Shown here: in pieces, positions 48,290 to 60,568 of the stretch | Numbering within the stretch: position 1 is the stretch's first letter | Layout: each line of letters starts with the position of its first letter | Source of the DNA: Lobosporangium transversale | Lineage: Eukaryota | Length of the DNA stretch: 64,000 bases | Assembly: GCF_002105155.1 (NCBI RefSeq) | Contig: NW_019028989.1 | Span: forward strand, 558,001 to 622,000 | Direction: 5' to 3' | Notes under the pieces: generated by a model | Database searches by the model: none | Told to the model about the DNA's origin: nothing | The model's input: only the letters and a program-made list of their open reading frames with translations | Translations under genes and position numbers: made by a program

Positions 48290-51200
48290 AAATAAAAAAA
48301 AGCAGATGATTATATAAATGGCATATCAACTTACGCTGATCTAAGAATGCAATGTTTGGAAACGATAAACGTCTTGGGAAGAAAAATCTCTCCTGATGTA
48401 GTAAACGAGAAAGCTGACTCACGACGATGCCAATCATGCCCGTCTGTTGCTGCTGCTGATTCGCAAGGGAAGTCGAGGTTGCGCTTCCATCGCTTATGGC
48501 TACCCATTCGTTTTCAAATATGTCACACAAAAATGCGAGTCGACTAAAAATATTTTCCAGAATCTTCGTCAATTGTCGCCCACTCTCTCGGCCTTCAAAC
48601 TTGTGTTCACGCTGACGTTGCCATATGGTACCAAGATAGTAAACAGATTCGAGTGATATGGTCCGCGAAGCATTATCACTCTCTTCAAACTGGAGAATAC
48701 TCCTAATCTGGCCAACAGAGGAAGGTCGCAGAACGTCCGGAACCAAAAGGTCAATTATGAGAGCAAGATTACAGAGATTGCAGACAGAAGAGTAAGTATA
48801 TCCCTCCGAGGAAGGCATCGTCAGACTAACAGGCACGGAAATAGCAGCTAACATCCGCTTGCACACTTTGATCTTATTTGCCCTGTCTAATGCTTCATAG
48901 ATAGCTCCTTGATATGAAAGTGAATCTGTTGAACGATCCCACTGATCGACAATAGTTTTTTGTGCTCTTTGTGTGCCATCAGGTTCACCCTGATCCAGAT
49001 CAATATGGTACAGTTGCCACCAGATAGTCATTGCTAGGACCTTGAGATAAACCTCAAAACATCTGTCATGTTCCTCTACACTCGTCACTAGCGACATATT
49101 CACATTCAGTCCTGTCAGCTTGTCGTTTGTGATTTGCTCTCCAGCATGTGTATGTCGCCGTGGAAGCCGCGTAATCATCCTCTTTAGAAATTCTGGTAAT
49201 CGATAGCCTGGCTCTGTAGGCATGTCTCGAAATCCTTGCTTCGAAAAATGTCGATACACACCCACAACGACATCGACACTTGGAAACCAATCCCAGATAT
49301 GGATCCTTGAATGACAAAACACAAGAAACCTTCGGACATGATACTCTGCGTCTGCACTTTCTGAAGGAACACGTCCTAGCCAATCTTGGTCCAGCATCCA
49401 CCGAACTAATCCCCAGTTGTCTTTTACCTTGATTGAGGCGTTTGAACTCCCATTTGCCTCAAATTGGTGTAGCCTGCAGAGCTGCTGTAGCAAGTCCATG
49501 AAGTGGTTGGCTTGAATCTGCCACTCCAAATACTGTGAGCGATCCCCAGTGACATCCAAGCTCTGGTTGATACCTTCCCACCTATGTTGCAGCTGACGAT
49601 TAAGTGATCTCCAAAAATCAGACGAGCCAGTCCGCACTTCCGAATATCTATTGAGTAAATGAATTGAACAGATCCAGATTTCGATTACATCCTCGCCTCC
49701 TATTAATCCACCATACTGAGGATCCAAGGAAGTTGAAAGCCGGGCTAAAAACCCAGCATCGCTAACGTCAAGAAGCTGTCCCATAAGAGCTCGAATTGCG
49801 CTGTCAGCGTGGCTATACTCTGTTAGCAAAACGCAGTCTGCAATAACAGCCCAAGCCATTAAAGACCAGCGTGTCCAAAGTACGAGAATTGCATCCAAAG
49901 ACCGCTTTCGTTCAATCCTCTCGGATTCAATCAGACGTGCTAAAGGTCCAACCACGGCCGATTTGAATACTCGCCAAAATGAAGTGTGCTCAGTCCTTTC
50001 CATGGCAGAAAATCGCTCGATCAGAAGATTTCCGAAAGTAGCTAGAGCATCCAAGACCGATATAAACTCTGTACTGACATCAGAACCATTTCTCAAATGA
50101 GTCTCACGAGCAATTGACCACTCCTGTATGAGCTGAAACCTTCTTTTCCAATCCAGCACAACAACCCCGAGATCATGCTCTACGCTAGTCATGTCTTTCC
50201 AATTCGGTATGAAGGGCCGGCCGAAAAAGGCTAGGTCTAATATAGTTGGTTGCGCCATAGCCTCTTTATCGTTCGCATGGGCTGATATCGAAGACAAGAG
50301 GCGGGTGAGGGAACCACGACCGATGTAGGTGTCGCGAGAGAAGTATAGTCCATTAGCAATAGTCCCTTCGGATGCAATATCATTTTTGTTTCGCTTAAAA
50401 GCAGCTCGTGAACGTGGTATGGCCGTAGGACATTCCGTACTCTGAGGTTGAAAATTTAAAATAGGAGTTGACGCCGATTCCTCATATGATCTACTCTGCT
50501 CTGGCTCACAGCAATTGCCAACTTTTTCAGGGGTTTTTTGCCTCCTTTTCTCAAGTCGACCAAAGTTAGGTTGTTGTACAGGAACTTGAGCTCGTTGCAT
50601 CGTCGGTATTGTCCTTGAAATAGATTGAAAGACTGGTTTATCGATGTACTGTGCTGGTCCGCCTGGTTGAAAACGTGCTGTCCAAGGCAAATAAGAAACC
50701 TTTGGACGTGATTCTTTAGTCTTTACTGGCCGTTGAAGATCTTCAACAACAGAGTATAGCATGCCACGAGAGGTATGAGGAGTAGCATTTTTTTGCTTTC
50801 CCTGTTTTTGTGGCTGCTTCGACCGGTTGACTCTTGTCCTTCTCTGAATGAATGCAGACCGCGAATTATTAATATGACGGGGCTTTACCATGGAGTTGTT
50901 ATTAGTTACAATTTGGATGCCAAGTAAGGGACCCACAGGCTTTGGAGATGCAGTTCTGAAGGAATCATATCTAGGGAGAGCATAGTGGGGACTGTGGGTA
51001 CCCCTTTGCGACTTAAACATTTGCGTCAGACGAAGCTGCCCACCAACAATGTCATCATCTGTATCGTCGCTTTCGCTCACTTGCATATGGCGATATGTGA
51101 GATCATAGTTCCCAAACAAATCCCCCCCAGCACGCTTCCTAGGCGCTGTATCAAAATCCTGATCCCGAAACTCAGTCCAAGCCTCGGATTGAGAATCTGA

Positions 51201-53864
51201 GGCTTCACCATTTACTTCCGCTCTCAAGGAATGGGTTGAGCGTTTGTGTGGACGCGAATAGGGTCTTGAGCTGTTTATACGATGGATGTCCCTGAATGAA
51301 TGATCCCCACCCATGCGACGCCTCTTCCTTGAAATAGTAGCAGATGATGGTCTCCTGGAGGTTGAAGTTGCATGGCGTTGTCGAACAATCATGCGGTCGA
51401 TCAAGTCCTCTGTTTTGCGATGAGAAGCCTGATGCATGGCTTTTACGGACGGGAAATATGATGGTAATGTAGAATCTAATACTCTTCTTTTCCTTTCATT
51501 ATCATTGAGACTAAAGTCTTCTTCGTCGGACGAAATTGTCTGTTGCGATAGAGAGGCTCGGTAGTTTTGAGTATTTCGCTACGAATGCCAAATATTCGAT
51601 CAATAGATTAGCCTTGGATTATACTAAGCATTGAACTCAAGCATTAAATGTAACACGATATTGAAAGCATGAGACGTACTCTAGTCCAGGACAATCCACC
51701 TCGAGTGGCCACGGTGTCATCCAATGTAGGATGTGAGCTCCAATCTTCGTCTCTAAATAGATTATGTTCAAGGACGTCTTCGCGGTCTTCGGGACTAGCA
51801 TGTTGTGAGACTACGGCCGTATGGTCAGCTTCATCCTCGCTTTCCTCTTGCTCTTGACCTAACCTTGCAAAAAAATCTTTCAATCCATCGTCGCCCTGTT
51901 TCATTGAGGGAATCCTTCGTTTAGCAACATGTGGCGGTAAGAGGTGATCTGGCTTAGATGTAGTCCGACGTCCCGGCGGTTTTGTGCGTGACCATTTTGA
52001 ACGCATCGTTTTCAATTCTATAGGGTCCTGTGGGAGATTGTGTTGTTTGAAAAATGATCGCGGAAGTACATGCTGCCATGATTTCTTACTTCTCTTGGTG
52101 GGTCGTATGTCGTGCTCATTTTCAGGCCTCGGTGACCCTACCTTGTTTGCATTGGTGTCAATGTCAGCTAGATCTTCACTATGCGCCATTGGAGGGGGGC
52201 TTAAGGATAGTTGTCGTGATGATGACCCAATGCGATTGGAGCTAGAATATGCTTTCGTAACATTAGAGGCTCGAGTGTTGGAGTTGCTCTTTGGGCCTTC
52301 ATCTAAATTATCTAAAGACTCTAGCCGTTGATGCACAAGTCTCTTAAGACGCCTTTTCATATTGCTTGGAGATGAAACATCATCGGAAGAGAATTGTTCT
52401 AAATCTTCAGCAGTTGGTGAAAACGAGCCTGCGCTCTGTAGCGCCATAAATTGGTGCCGTAGTTCATCAATTGATGGAAGGCCATCATTATCCAAGTCCT
52501 GAATGAGAGAATCTAGTGCTGACTCATTTTTTCCACGTAGCGTCCGAATAAATCGACGCCTTGACGGAATGATTAGCTCGGGCTCCTTCAAAGCGTTTCT
52601 TTCAGTTCGGTTCTCTTCATAATCCGAGTCTTCTTCGTCGTCCTGATGATTCTGAGACAAAATACCTTCATTAGAAGTAATACGCGTCAAAGAAGGCTGC
52701 TCAATATTGTTGGTTCGTTTTTTGTAAAAATAGGCATGCTGTTGCTTGTCAACAGTGTACGGTTGGCGCTGTTGAATGGTACGTTCACGAAGAGGATATG
52801 ACCGAAATATTGGCTGAGAGTGATGGATTTGTTGCGTTGGGGGTGAGGCGGGGGTGTCTGATACAAGGCAGTCATACATTGTATTATGGGTATCAAGTTC
52901 TGAACTGAGTGCAGTTATCAGCGAGCCCACTGGCTCAAAGGATTCTGAATTCCTGAACAGGCTTTGAGGACCCCCTGACATAGTATCATTATCATTTGGA
53001 TCATTAATTCCGGCCATGGGAAGAGTCCCATTAGTCACAGATGCGGAAGCGGTATCGTCGACTAATGCAATATCCATCGAAGTAGCTATCGGCGATGACA
53101 TAGAGAAGTCGTTGCTCCCTCCGTTGGTTACATTAAATCCATCATGTATCTAGAGTCAAAAACGTAAATGTCCAAAATGAGGTACCGTTATTTGTCAAAA
53201 GCAATAGATAGTTTTTAGTCCTTTGCGCCAGCAACTTACCTCTCGTGTTGACTCTGTAGTGACTTTATCTACAACATCCATAACCCCGTTATAATTGACG
53301 ACAGCTTTACTTTTGTTCTTTTGGTCCGCGTTGTCCTCGTCTTCTTCTTCGCTTTCAGAAGCAGATACCACCTAAAGATTTAGAATTAGGGTTAGGGGTC
53401 GACATGTAAATATACATGCAGATAGGCTTTGGAGATACCGACCGAAGATTCTTTACACTCACAAAAGGTGAATCAATAACAGACGCCTGTCCTGATTGAC
53501 TAGCCTTGCAGGAATACAATATATCATTGGTATCTGGACTGACACAGCTTAGTGTGAGTAAGCTTTCTTCTCCAAGTCCAACTCTACTTTTTCGCGCAAT
53601 AGTTGCAAAGGGAATGGGGTTTGCTTCGCTCATGGTCATCAAAGCAGCGGCACGAACCAGATACGCAGTTGCTACATGACGCGAACTGGATACTGTTTCT
53701 TTTTCTAGATGATCGATCACCTCCAAGTTTTTCAAGTTATCATGCTGCTTCACTTCCTCGGATCCACGTGTGTGTTCTTTATTTGAATCATGAGTATTTG
53801 TTGCGATGAAAGGAACCTTCGCTACAGCAGTTGGCCGCTTTTTGCTGGCACCACGGTTTTTCAT
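44456..53864 (-). CDS. MMS22: MMS22/Mus7-family replication-repair protein (about 9 exons)
   Basis: Exons splice in phase from MKNRGASKK (53864) to ...PAPWLF* (44456). Fungal Mms22/Mus7 motifs: YPLRERTIQQRQPY, VLPRSF, EDLIDRM, FSRDTYIGRG, YRLPEFL, DRCFEVYLKVLA. Confidence 0.8.
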
Positions 53865-54266
53865 TGGGCGATAGCCTCGGGCGAAAATGCATTCGTCTTG
53901 TGTCTGGCGGAGAGTGCCTGAGCAAAGCTTCTCAGTAGCGACCGCAAGGTAAAAGTAATTGATGACGGGAAGAGGAGGAGGAAAAAAGAAGTGCTTTACG
54001 AACGGTTACTAATAGAAATATATATCGATTCTTTATTACAATTATCACTGTCACTATTTTGGTGGCGTTTGTTTATAGTAACTAACGCCTGGTGTACCTT
54101 GATTCTCTCGCAGCAAAATAATAAAATAACAAATGAGAACACGAACTTGAATGTAAAGATTCTTATTTCAAGAATTAAACATGTCCTATGAACCTATGAA
54201 TTTGTTGGTGTGATAAACAGGTTTTTTCAGGGACATCTTTTATAGGCACGTCACAATCCTCATTCA

Positions 54267-55535
54267 TTAGACATGATCTGCAACAATTGGCTTGCCAGCA
54301 GCCCAGTCACGGATAACATTCTGAATTCGAATCCAGTATTGCAACTCAATCGCAAGAGCCTTTGCTGCCTCTAGATTCTGTTCTCTGAATGCCTTTGAGA
54401 GCCCATCGACAGCCTGTTGAATACGACCTAGGATGAACAAAGAAATCGCATTATCAATTTTAAATCCATCTAATTTTTTAACTGCATGAATTCTTTACGA
54501 ATTTTACCATTGTTGATTTCTTTCAGCCCTTCAACTTCTTCTTCTGTCTGGGCATCCTCCAGAAGTTCCCTGGCTTCCATGACTTCCATTAGTAGCTCTG
54601 GTTCGTTCAGTGACTCCGTCTCATGAATAGGCACTCCAAGGAGCTCCAGTATATAATTTGCACGGCTGAGTGGCTCCTTCAATGTGGCATAAGCCTTGTT
54701 CACCAACGATGACTGCTGTTGTGCATAAAGCTGATCGCCCTGTTGCAGCCAAAATATTTTACCATGGTTTTAACATCAAAGAAACTTTAATTGAGAAACA
54801 GTAGTACTTCCAAACGAGCTCTTTTTTTCATAATATATAATTGTTAACTCACATTTATGTTCTGAGAATAAGAGTCTGGATGTACTTGCTGCTGAATCCT
54901 AAGGAATTTATTTCGTAAATCCTTGGCTTCTAGATCAAATTTTGGCTCTGAACTAAAAGTAGTAAAAGGTTTGAAGCACTAATGTGTCATTGCGTGGCCT
55001 GTAAAAGGAAGGAATGCGCTAGACAAAAAACCGTGGAACAACTGCGCAGTATGGCTGTCCCTTAACCAAGTCCTCCTTACCTTAATCCAAGGATCTCAAA
55101 ATAGTTGGCTCCAGGCGTTAAAGCTTGAACAACCTTGCAGTTTGGATTCATGCACACCACTGTCATGTATGGTACAGGCGTAGAACATTTCCAGCAAGGA
55201 CGTGTCTCTGGCCTCTTAATGGATTCATTTTTCAAATTATCATTTTCTCTCTCAGTTGATGTAGATGTGTGGAATTCAGTGATCATTAATGCTCTTCCAG
55301 GAGTGGTTTTTGGAAAAGTGCAATGTCGAGAAAAGGCTGAAACTGAAGTAGGGCTCCCAATACAGGTTCGGAAAGGGTGAGTAGTAATTGAAGTAATAGT
55401 GTGATATGAGTGGAGTATAATTCCATGCCCAGGATCTATCCTTGCTCTTGTAGCCGCCTTTTTCTGATGTAGTGGCGAAATTATGGTAGTGCGCCTGAAG
55501 ATGCTGAGGAGCGATGACTTTGCTGTGCTTGACAT
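54267..55535 (-). CDS. JAC1: Mitochondrial Fe-S co-chaperone Jac1/HscB/HSC20
   Basis: Four exons. Presequence, CWKC...CMNPNC, NYFEILG, J-domain HPD (IQQQVHPD), SSLVNKAYATLKEPLSRANYIL, LLMEVMEARE, ELQYWIRI. Confidence 0.93.
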
Positions 55536-56675
55536 TTGTATAAATTGGTTGAATGTAAGAGAAGGAGACAGATCAGCATTTTATGTGGCACAGCATTCTG
55601 TTGTGACAGCTGAACGCGAAGCCATTTTTATATTTTTGTAGGTCATTCAGTGAACAGAAGCCTTTGATGATGACCAGTCTCTATTTTCATGCAATGGGCT
55701 ATATTGTCATTATGCAGGCTTTGTTTGCTGAAGGAGCTCCATCGCCTGCACTAGAGGGGGAGGACCAAGTAGTGGTCTTCAGTCGAGCTCTATACTGGAA
55801 TCAGGCGAGATCCCTCTCAAACCCATGTCAGCGTGAGAATGTCCAATGATAGATTGCAAGCTTGCAGGAAGCGAAGCGCTAAAGAATGCGTTTCCCCACG
55901 TACCAATTTATTATTACTATTTATATGTGGCTCAAGCTTGGGAACCCATTTTGGAATAAGCGTATTCTACAGTTACATTTAAATTTGCTCCTTAGTTCTC
56001 GATTTAACGATTACACTGCCTCTGTGTCCGAACCTACAAAAGCTACATAAACTAGGATCGGATGGGATGCTTAGTTCTAACTGACAGGTATCCCAATGTC
56101 TTAAAGCAAAATAAAAAGAAAAAAGGTTATTAAGCATATAGCTTACTGTAGAGAGGAAACGAGATGGGTATATTATGCTCGGCATGTAGGAAGGTCCTAT
56201 TTTTGACAGCATGTCAAATAACGTGTATATGGGCAAAGCACTAAGGTTCTCTTGGACAAGGTGCCACTGAGGCTGTCATTTGATTACGATCAATTGAGTC
56301 ATGATGTAATTTTAGGTAAGCAGCTTAATCTTTGTGCCGACTATTAAATACGTATTTTGCAAGGGGGCGTCGATAGATATTTCAGAGTTGAATTGTAAGC
56401 ATGATCAGAGGGGGAAGTAGATGCATTTGAGAAATTATTAAAGAGAAATCTAACGAGAACAGTGTCAGACGCAATCCTCCAAAACAACAACCATTGTTAA
56501 TTAAAATCTTTATTGAGATACGGACAGAGGTATTCTTATTTCCTGTTTTGTCTTGGTTATAGAAAGAATCCAGGTAGTTTGTAAGGGTTTTTATCAAAGA
56601 AAGAAGTTATCAGGACTCCAAGCTTGAGTATGTGGGAAGTTCCTAAGCAATGTCTTTTTCAACCAAATTTTTAAT

Positions 56676-56710
56676 GTCACATGTGACGTAAGTGCACATG
56701 TGGTACGCGT
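56676..56710 (+). promoter_or_regulatory. Putative TF-site cluster upstream of RPN13
   Basis: Palindrome GTCACATGTGAC, overlapping TGACGTAA (CRE-like), a second CACATGTG and ACGCGT, all 120-155 bp before the ATG. Confidence 0.3.
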
Positions 56711-56831
56711 TTATTCATCGATTCTACTCAGCAATCTACTTCATTCCTTTCACTATAGGACTACACAAAGCAAGGATACAAGCTCAGCATAACTTACCTC
56801 ATCACTCGCTCCAACTCACATTTTCAATATC

Positions 56832-57486
56832 ATGACTTCAGGACGCAACGCATTGCTTCAGTTCAAGGCAGGACGATGCTTCCGGGATGGAACTACAAAT
56901 ACAGTCATGCCAGATTCAACTAAAGGGTAAACAACACAACGCTAGAATATAATTCCACTACTTAGGAGAGCCACCGCTTGCTGGAAGACTAACATTTAGT
57001 ACCATAATTCTGTGCTTAGGTTGGTCTACATGGAGGAAGACGAAGGACTGATGCATTTTTGCTGGAAGAATAGGACGACAAATACTGTGGAGGATGTAAA
57101 CTATCTCATTTTGTTTCCCTTTACATGCACAGATAAATACCAAACTCTATCGTCTTCCATCAACACCAGTGTCTTTACTCTGTTAGGCTATGTGTGTTGA
57201 TTGCCTCTTCCATTATGTAACTTACAAAACTTTTCCTCTCAAAATTTTCTTACTGTAGGATTTGATTCTCTTCGCTGGTGATGCAGAGCTTAAGAAAGTC
57301 CCTGAATGCACTACTGGTCGTGTGCTGATGCTGCAATTCAAGTCCTCCTCACAAAAGCTGTTCTTCTGGCTTCAAGAGGCTAACTCCGACCGGGATCAGA
57401 TCATTCTTCAACAGGCAAATGCACTCATCAATCAAGGACAGGATGGTGAAACTGGAAATTTTGAAGAGGATATCACCATGGAATGA
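56832..57486 (+). CDS. RPN13: Proteasome ubiquitin receptor Rpn13/ADRM1, Pru domain only
   Basis: Exons 56832-56926, 57020-57095, 57259-57486 give LLQFKAGR...PDSTKGLVYM...LMHFCWKNR...EDDLILF...CTTGRVLMLQFKSSSQKLFFWLQE. Confidence 0.92.
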
Positions 57487-57722
57487 TTTTAGAGCCCTTA
57501 AAATATAAAGATAGAAACAAATGCCAGGGACGATTCAATTTTAGTACCAAAGTTCAGGGGCGCACCGTAAATCGTAGGCGATCTATCATATAGTTATAAT
57601 TCTGGGTCATAGGATCTGAATTAGGATAAAGCGAGTATTCGGGCAACATTTGTGGCCAAATATTCAAATAAAGGCAACCGGGATTATTTTGGATACTAAA
57701 GATGTATTTACTGTCTATGACT

Positions 57723-60183
57723 CTAGATGAGGCCATAGCGTTTTCCAAAGCATATGGCCACAATACAATATAAGCCCATGAACCCGCAAAGTGCCCACCA
57801 CCAATGTAGCGGTTCATCTTCTGCTCCTGGTTCACCTGGCACATGAACATTCATTCTATCAAACAATGGTTTTCAAAAAAAAAAAAAAAAAAAAAAAAAA
57901 GCATTTCGATGAGCATTTCTCTTGTAAGCCATAAATCTAAAGATGCATTATAAACCATAAAGCGAATAAACCAATAATGATTTACCCCCAGAGGCCAGCC
58001 ACAAATGTCATAGGAACAATTAAACTTGCAAAGAATGTCAGTGTTCCGACGACGTTATTGGTTTTGTTAGAGAGTTGATTGATCTCGAGCGAGATCTGTG
58101 CCAGATAATTGGAGTGTGATCGCGCTAGGATTTTTTCATAGCTGTAAAGGGATTGAAGCATCGTTAAGACGTGGTCTAAGACGTCACCTAGATAAAGCAG
58201 GATTTCGCCATCGCGATACGGCTGCAGAACCTGTTGTTGCTGCATCTGTTGTTGAGCAGTGTTTGAAGAAGAAGTCGCGCTCGCTCCAGTTTGAATTGAG
58301 CGATCCTGTTGTAGTCCTGTTGAGGCCGTAGGACCCTGCTCGGCTGTAGTACCCCCAATGATAGGGTCCCTTACAGCCTCCCTTGGTCCAGAACTTATCA
58401 CGGTTGGCATTCCAGCACTTGATCCTGCTGCTGCTGCAGCGCCTGCCCCTGCGTTGCTCCAAGCTCCTCCTGCTGCAATTGTGTAACGTTCATCAAAGCG
58501 CTTCATAAGTCCACGGATCACATCTGCTTTATTTGTCAGCAATCTAGAAATTGTCATTACATTCTTTCGACAAGATCCAATGCGACGTAACATATCGGAT
58601 GTCTCATTCTCTCGTAATAGCAACACTAATTCATCGATAGAATCGACTTCATACTCGATTGTCTGAATAGGAGATGCGAAGCTGTCGGTGATATCATCTA
58701 AAAGGGCATAGTTAATCCAGTCAGGTGTCAAAGTGATATGTGAATGGAATTGCTCTAAACGCCGAAGTACATTCAAGTGGTGCTGTGTGGGTCGGAAATG
58801 GAACTAATAAATCCGACGAAAAGACGGAAGCTGTCAGCTCATGTTCAATAACATCCTATTATATCGATCATAGGCTATAAAAGATTGGAGACTTCTCACA
58901 AAAATACAAGGTATTACCGTAATAATCCCATCTCTAAGAACAACGGAATACATGCTTGCGGGCTGAAGATATGATCCTGAGTTATAATCCTGATCAAAGG
59001 TTCGGAAGCACACAAAGTAGTAATTTTTAAATACTTCATACTTTTCACGAATTTCTTCTGTAGAAATGTCCTCGATTGTTAAAGGATGCACATGGAAATG
59101 CTATAGTATAATGGCGCATAAAAATATAGTGATTGAGCAAGACATTGCGATGTTTAACAATAGACAAGATCAGTTTTCTTGAATAAATATTACTAACCTT
59201 CGAAACAACCAACATATCAAAGTCAGTAGGGTCAAGGATATCAATCCAAAAGCAACCATCTTTTAGCAAGTCTGAGAACACTCTAGGGGCCTCTACTGAA
59301 CCTTCCTGTAGCGATGTCTGTGCTAGGATCTTTGACAGGGACGGAGCTTGGATTATTCCTGTAGTCCTTGAAAAGAATGTGTATCGTTGTTGCTCTTGTA
59401 TCGGTGGCTAAAATGACATGAACAGTTCGGAAACTATACATTAAGAAGCATATTCTGCATCACTCACCTTATTTTTTTCTTCAACAATAAAAATTCATTT
59501 ACCCGAGGTGCACGTTCACCATAATAACTTGCCATGCGAGCAGACCGTTTCCGGAGTATAGAACCATCTTTGGATTTCGTAGACACTGACCCAGTGGAGA
59601 AAGCTCGTGCTATATCTCTCCCGAAGGGTTCTTCAGCCTTGCCAGATAAAACAGTATCATTTCTACCGTTTCCCAACTCCTGGATCTCATTGTCTGTCAT
59701 TGAAGCCTCATTAACACAGGCATCTAACCCCTCGTAATCAATAACCATGACATCGATTCCGGACGGATCATGCTCGTGCTCATGATGGTGATGATGATGT
59801 CGAAAATGATGTGAATGTTGATGTTCCTCTATTCCGCCACGATAGTTTCCGCTGTAATGTGGAAATTCGCTTTGAACAGTAATGTTGGACATGTATGGTT
59901 TAGCTGTTGATTGCTGCTGTTGCCCAAACAAGAGTCGCTCCGAGCGTAATGTCGGTGAGTACCCTGCAGAGGAAGGGCTGGGGCTATGTGGTTGAGAAAA
60001 GGTGGAGAGGAAAGGCTCTCGCTGCTGGATGAACGGTTGAGGCCGAGATGGCTGTTGTTGATTCTGTGAGGTTCCTTGGTCAGTGCTGCAATTGATATGA
60101 GTACGGCCAGGACTATCAAAGCTGTTCGTCTGTTCGATCGACGAGCAATCTGTATGATCCCCACTGTTGCGTGTACTGGACAT
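57723..60183 (-). CDS. CorA-family Mg2+ transporter (Alr1/Mnr2-like)
   Basis: Multi-exon. Motifs FWIDILDPT, FHVHPLTIEDI, DWINYALLDDITDSF, MLRRIG, YLGDVLDH, LARSHSNYLAQ. The GMN signature (GLWG|MNVHVPG) is completed across the last intron; stop at 57723. Confidence 0.93.
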
Positions 60184-60568
60184 TAAAGCAGGAAACGTAG
60201 TATCAGAGAGAGAATGAGTAATGGTGATGAGCAGGATTGGATGGAAAGGAGATAAAGAATTAAGCAAACAAAGGAACAAGTATTTTTACTAGATGAGAAA
60301 CCTCCTCTCGGGAAAGACGTCCTTTTTCATCATTGTCTGTTGTCAATATGGCACAAACGCTAAAATGGGCGAAGCTGTTTAAATGAAGTCCAGTTTCCAT
60401 TAGACCTCACTTATTCACTTCTGCATGGATCAAATCTCTTGAAATAATAGAAAAAACTAATTATGAACGAAACAAATTCATCCATAGCTCACTTTATTCT
60501 CTTCTTCCTTTCTTTTTTACACCAACAACTGCAACCATTACCATCACCAACTGGGGATCGCCAAAACC

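Noticed and set aside
53386..53398. TTAGGGTTAGGGG telomere-like sequence
   Set aside because: Only two units, inside a short MMS22 intron; compatible with chance.
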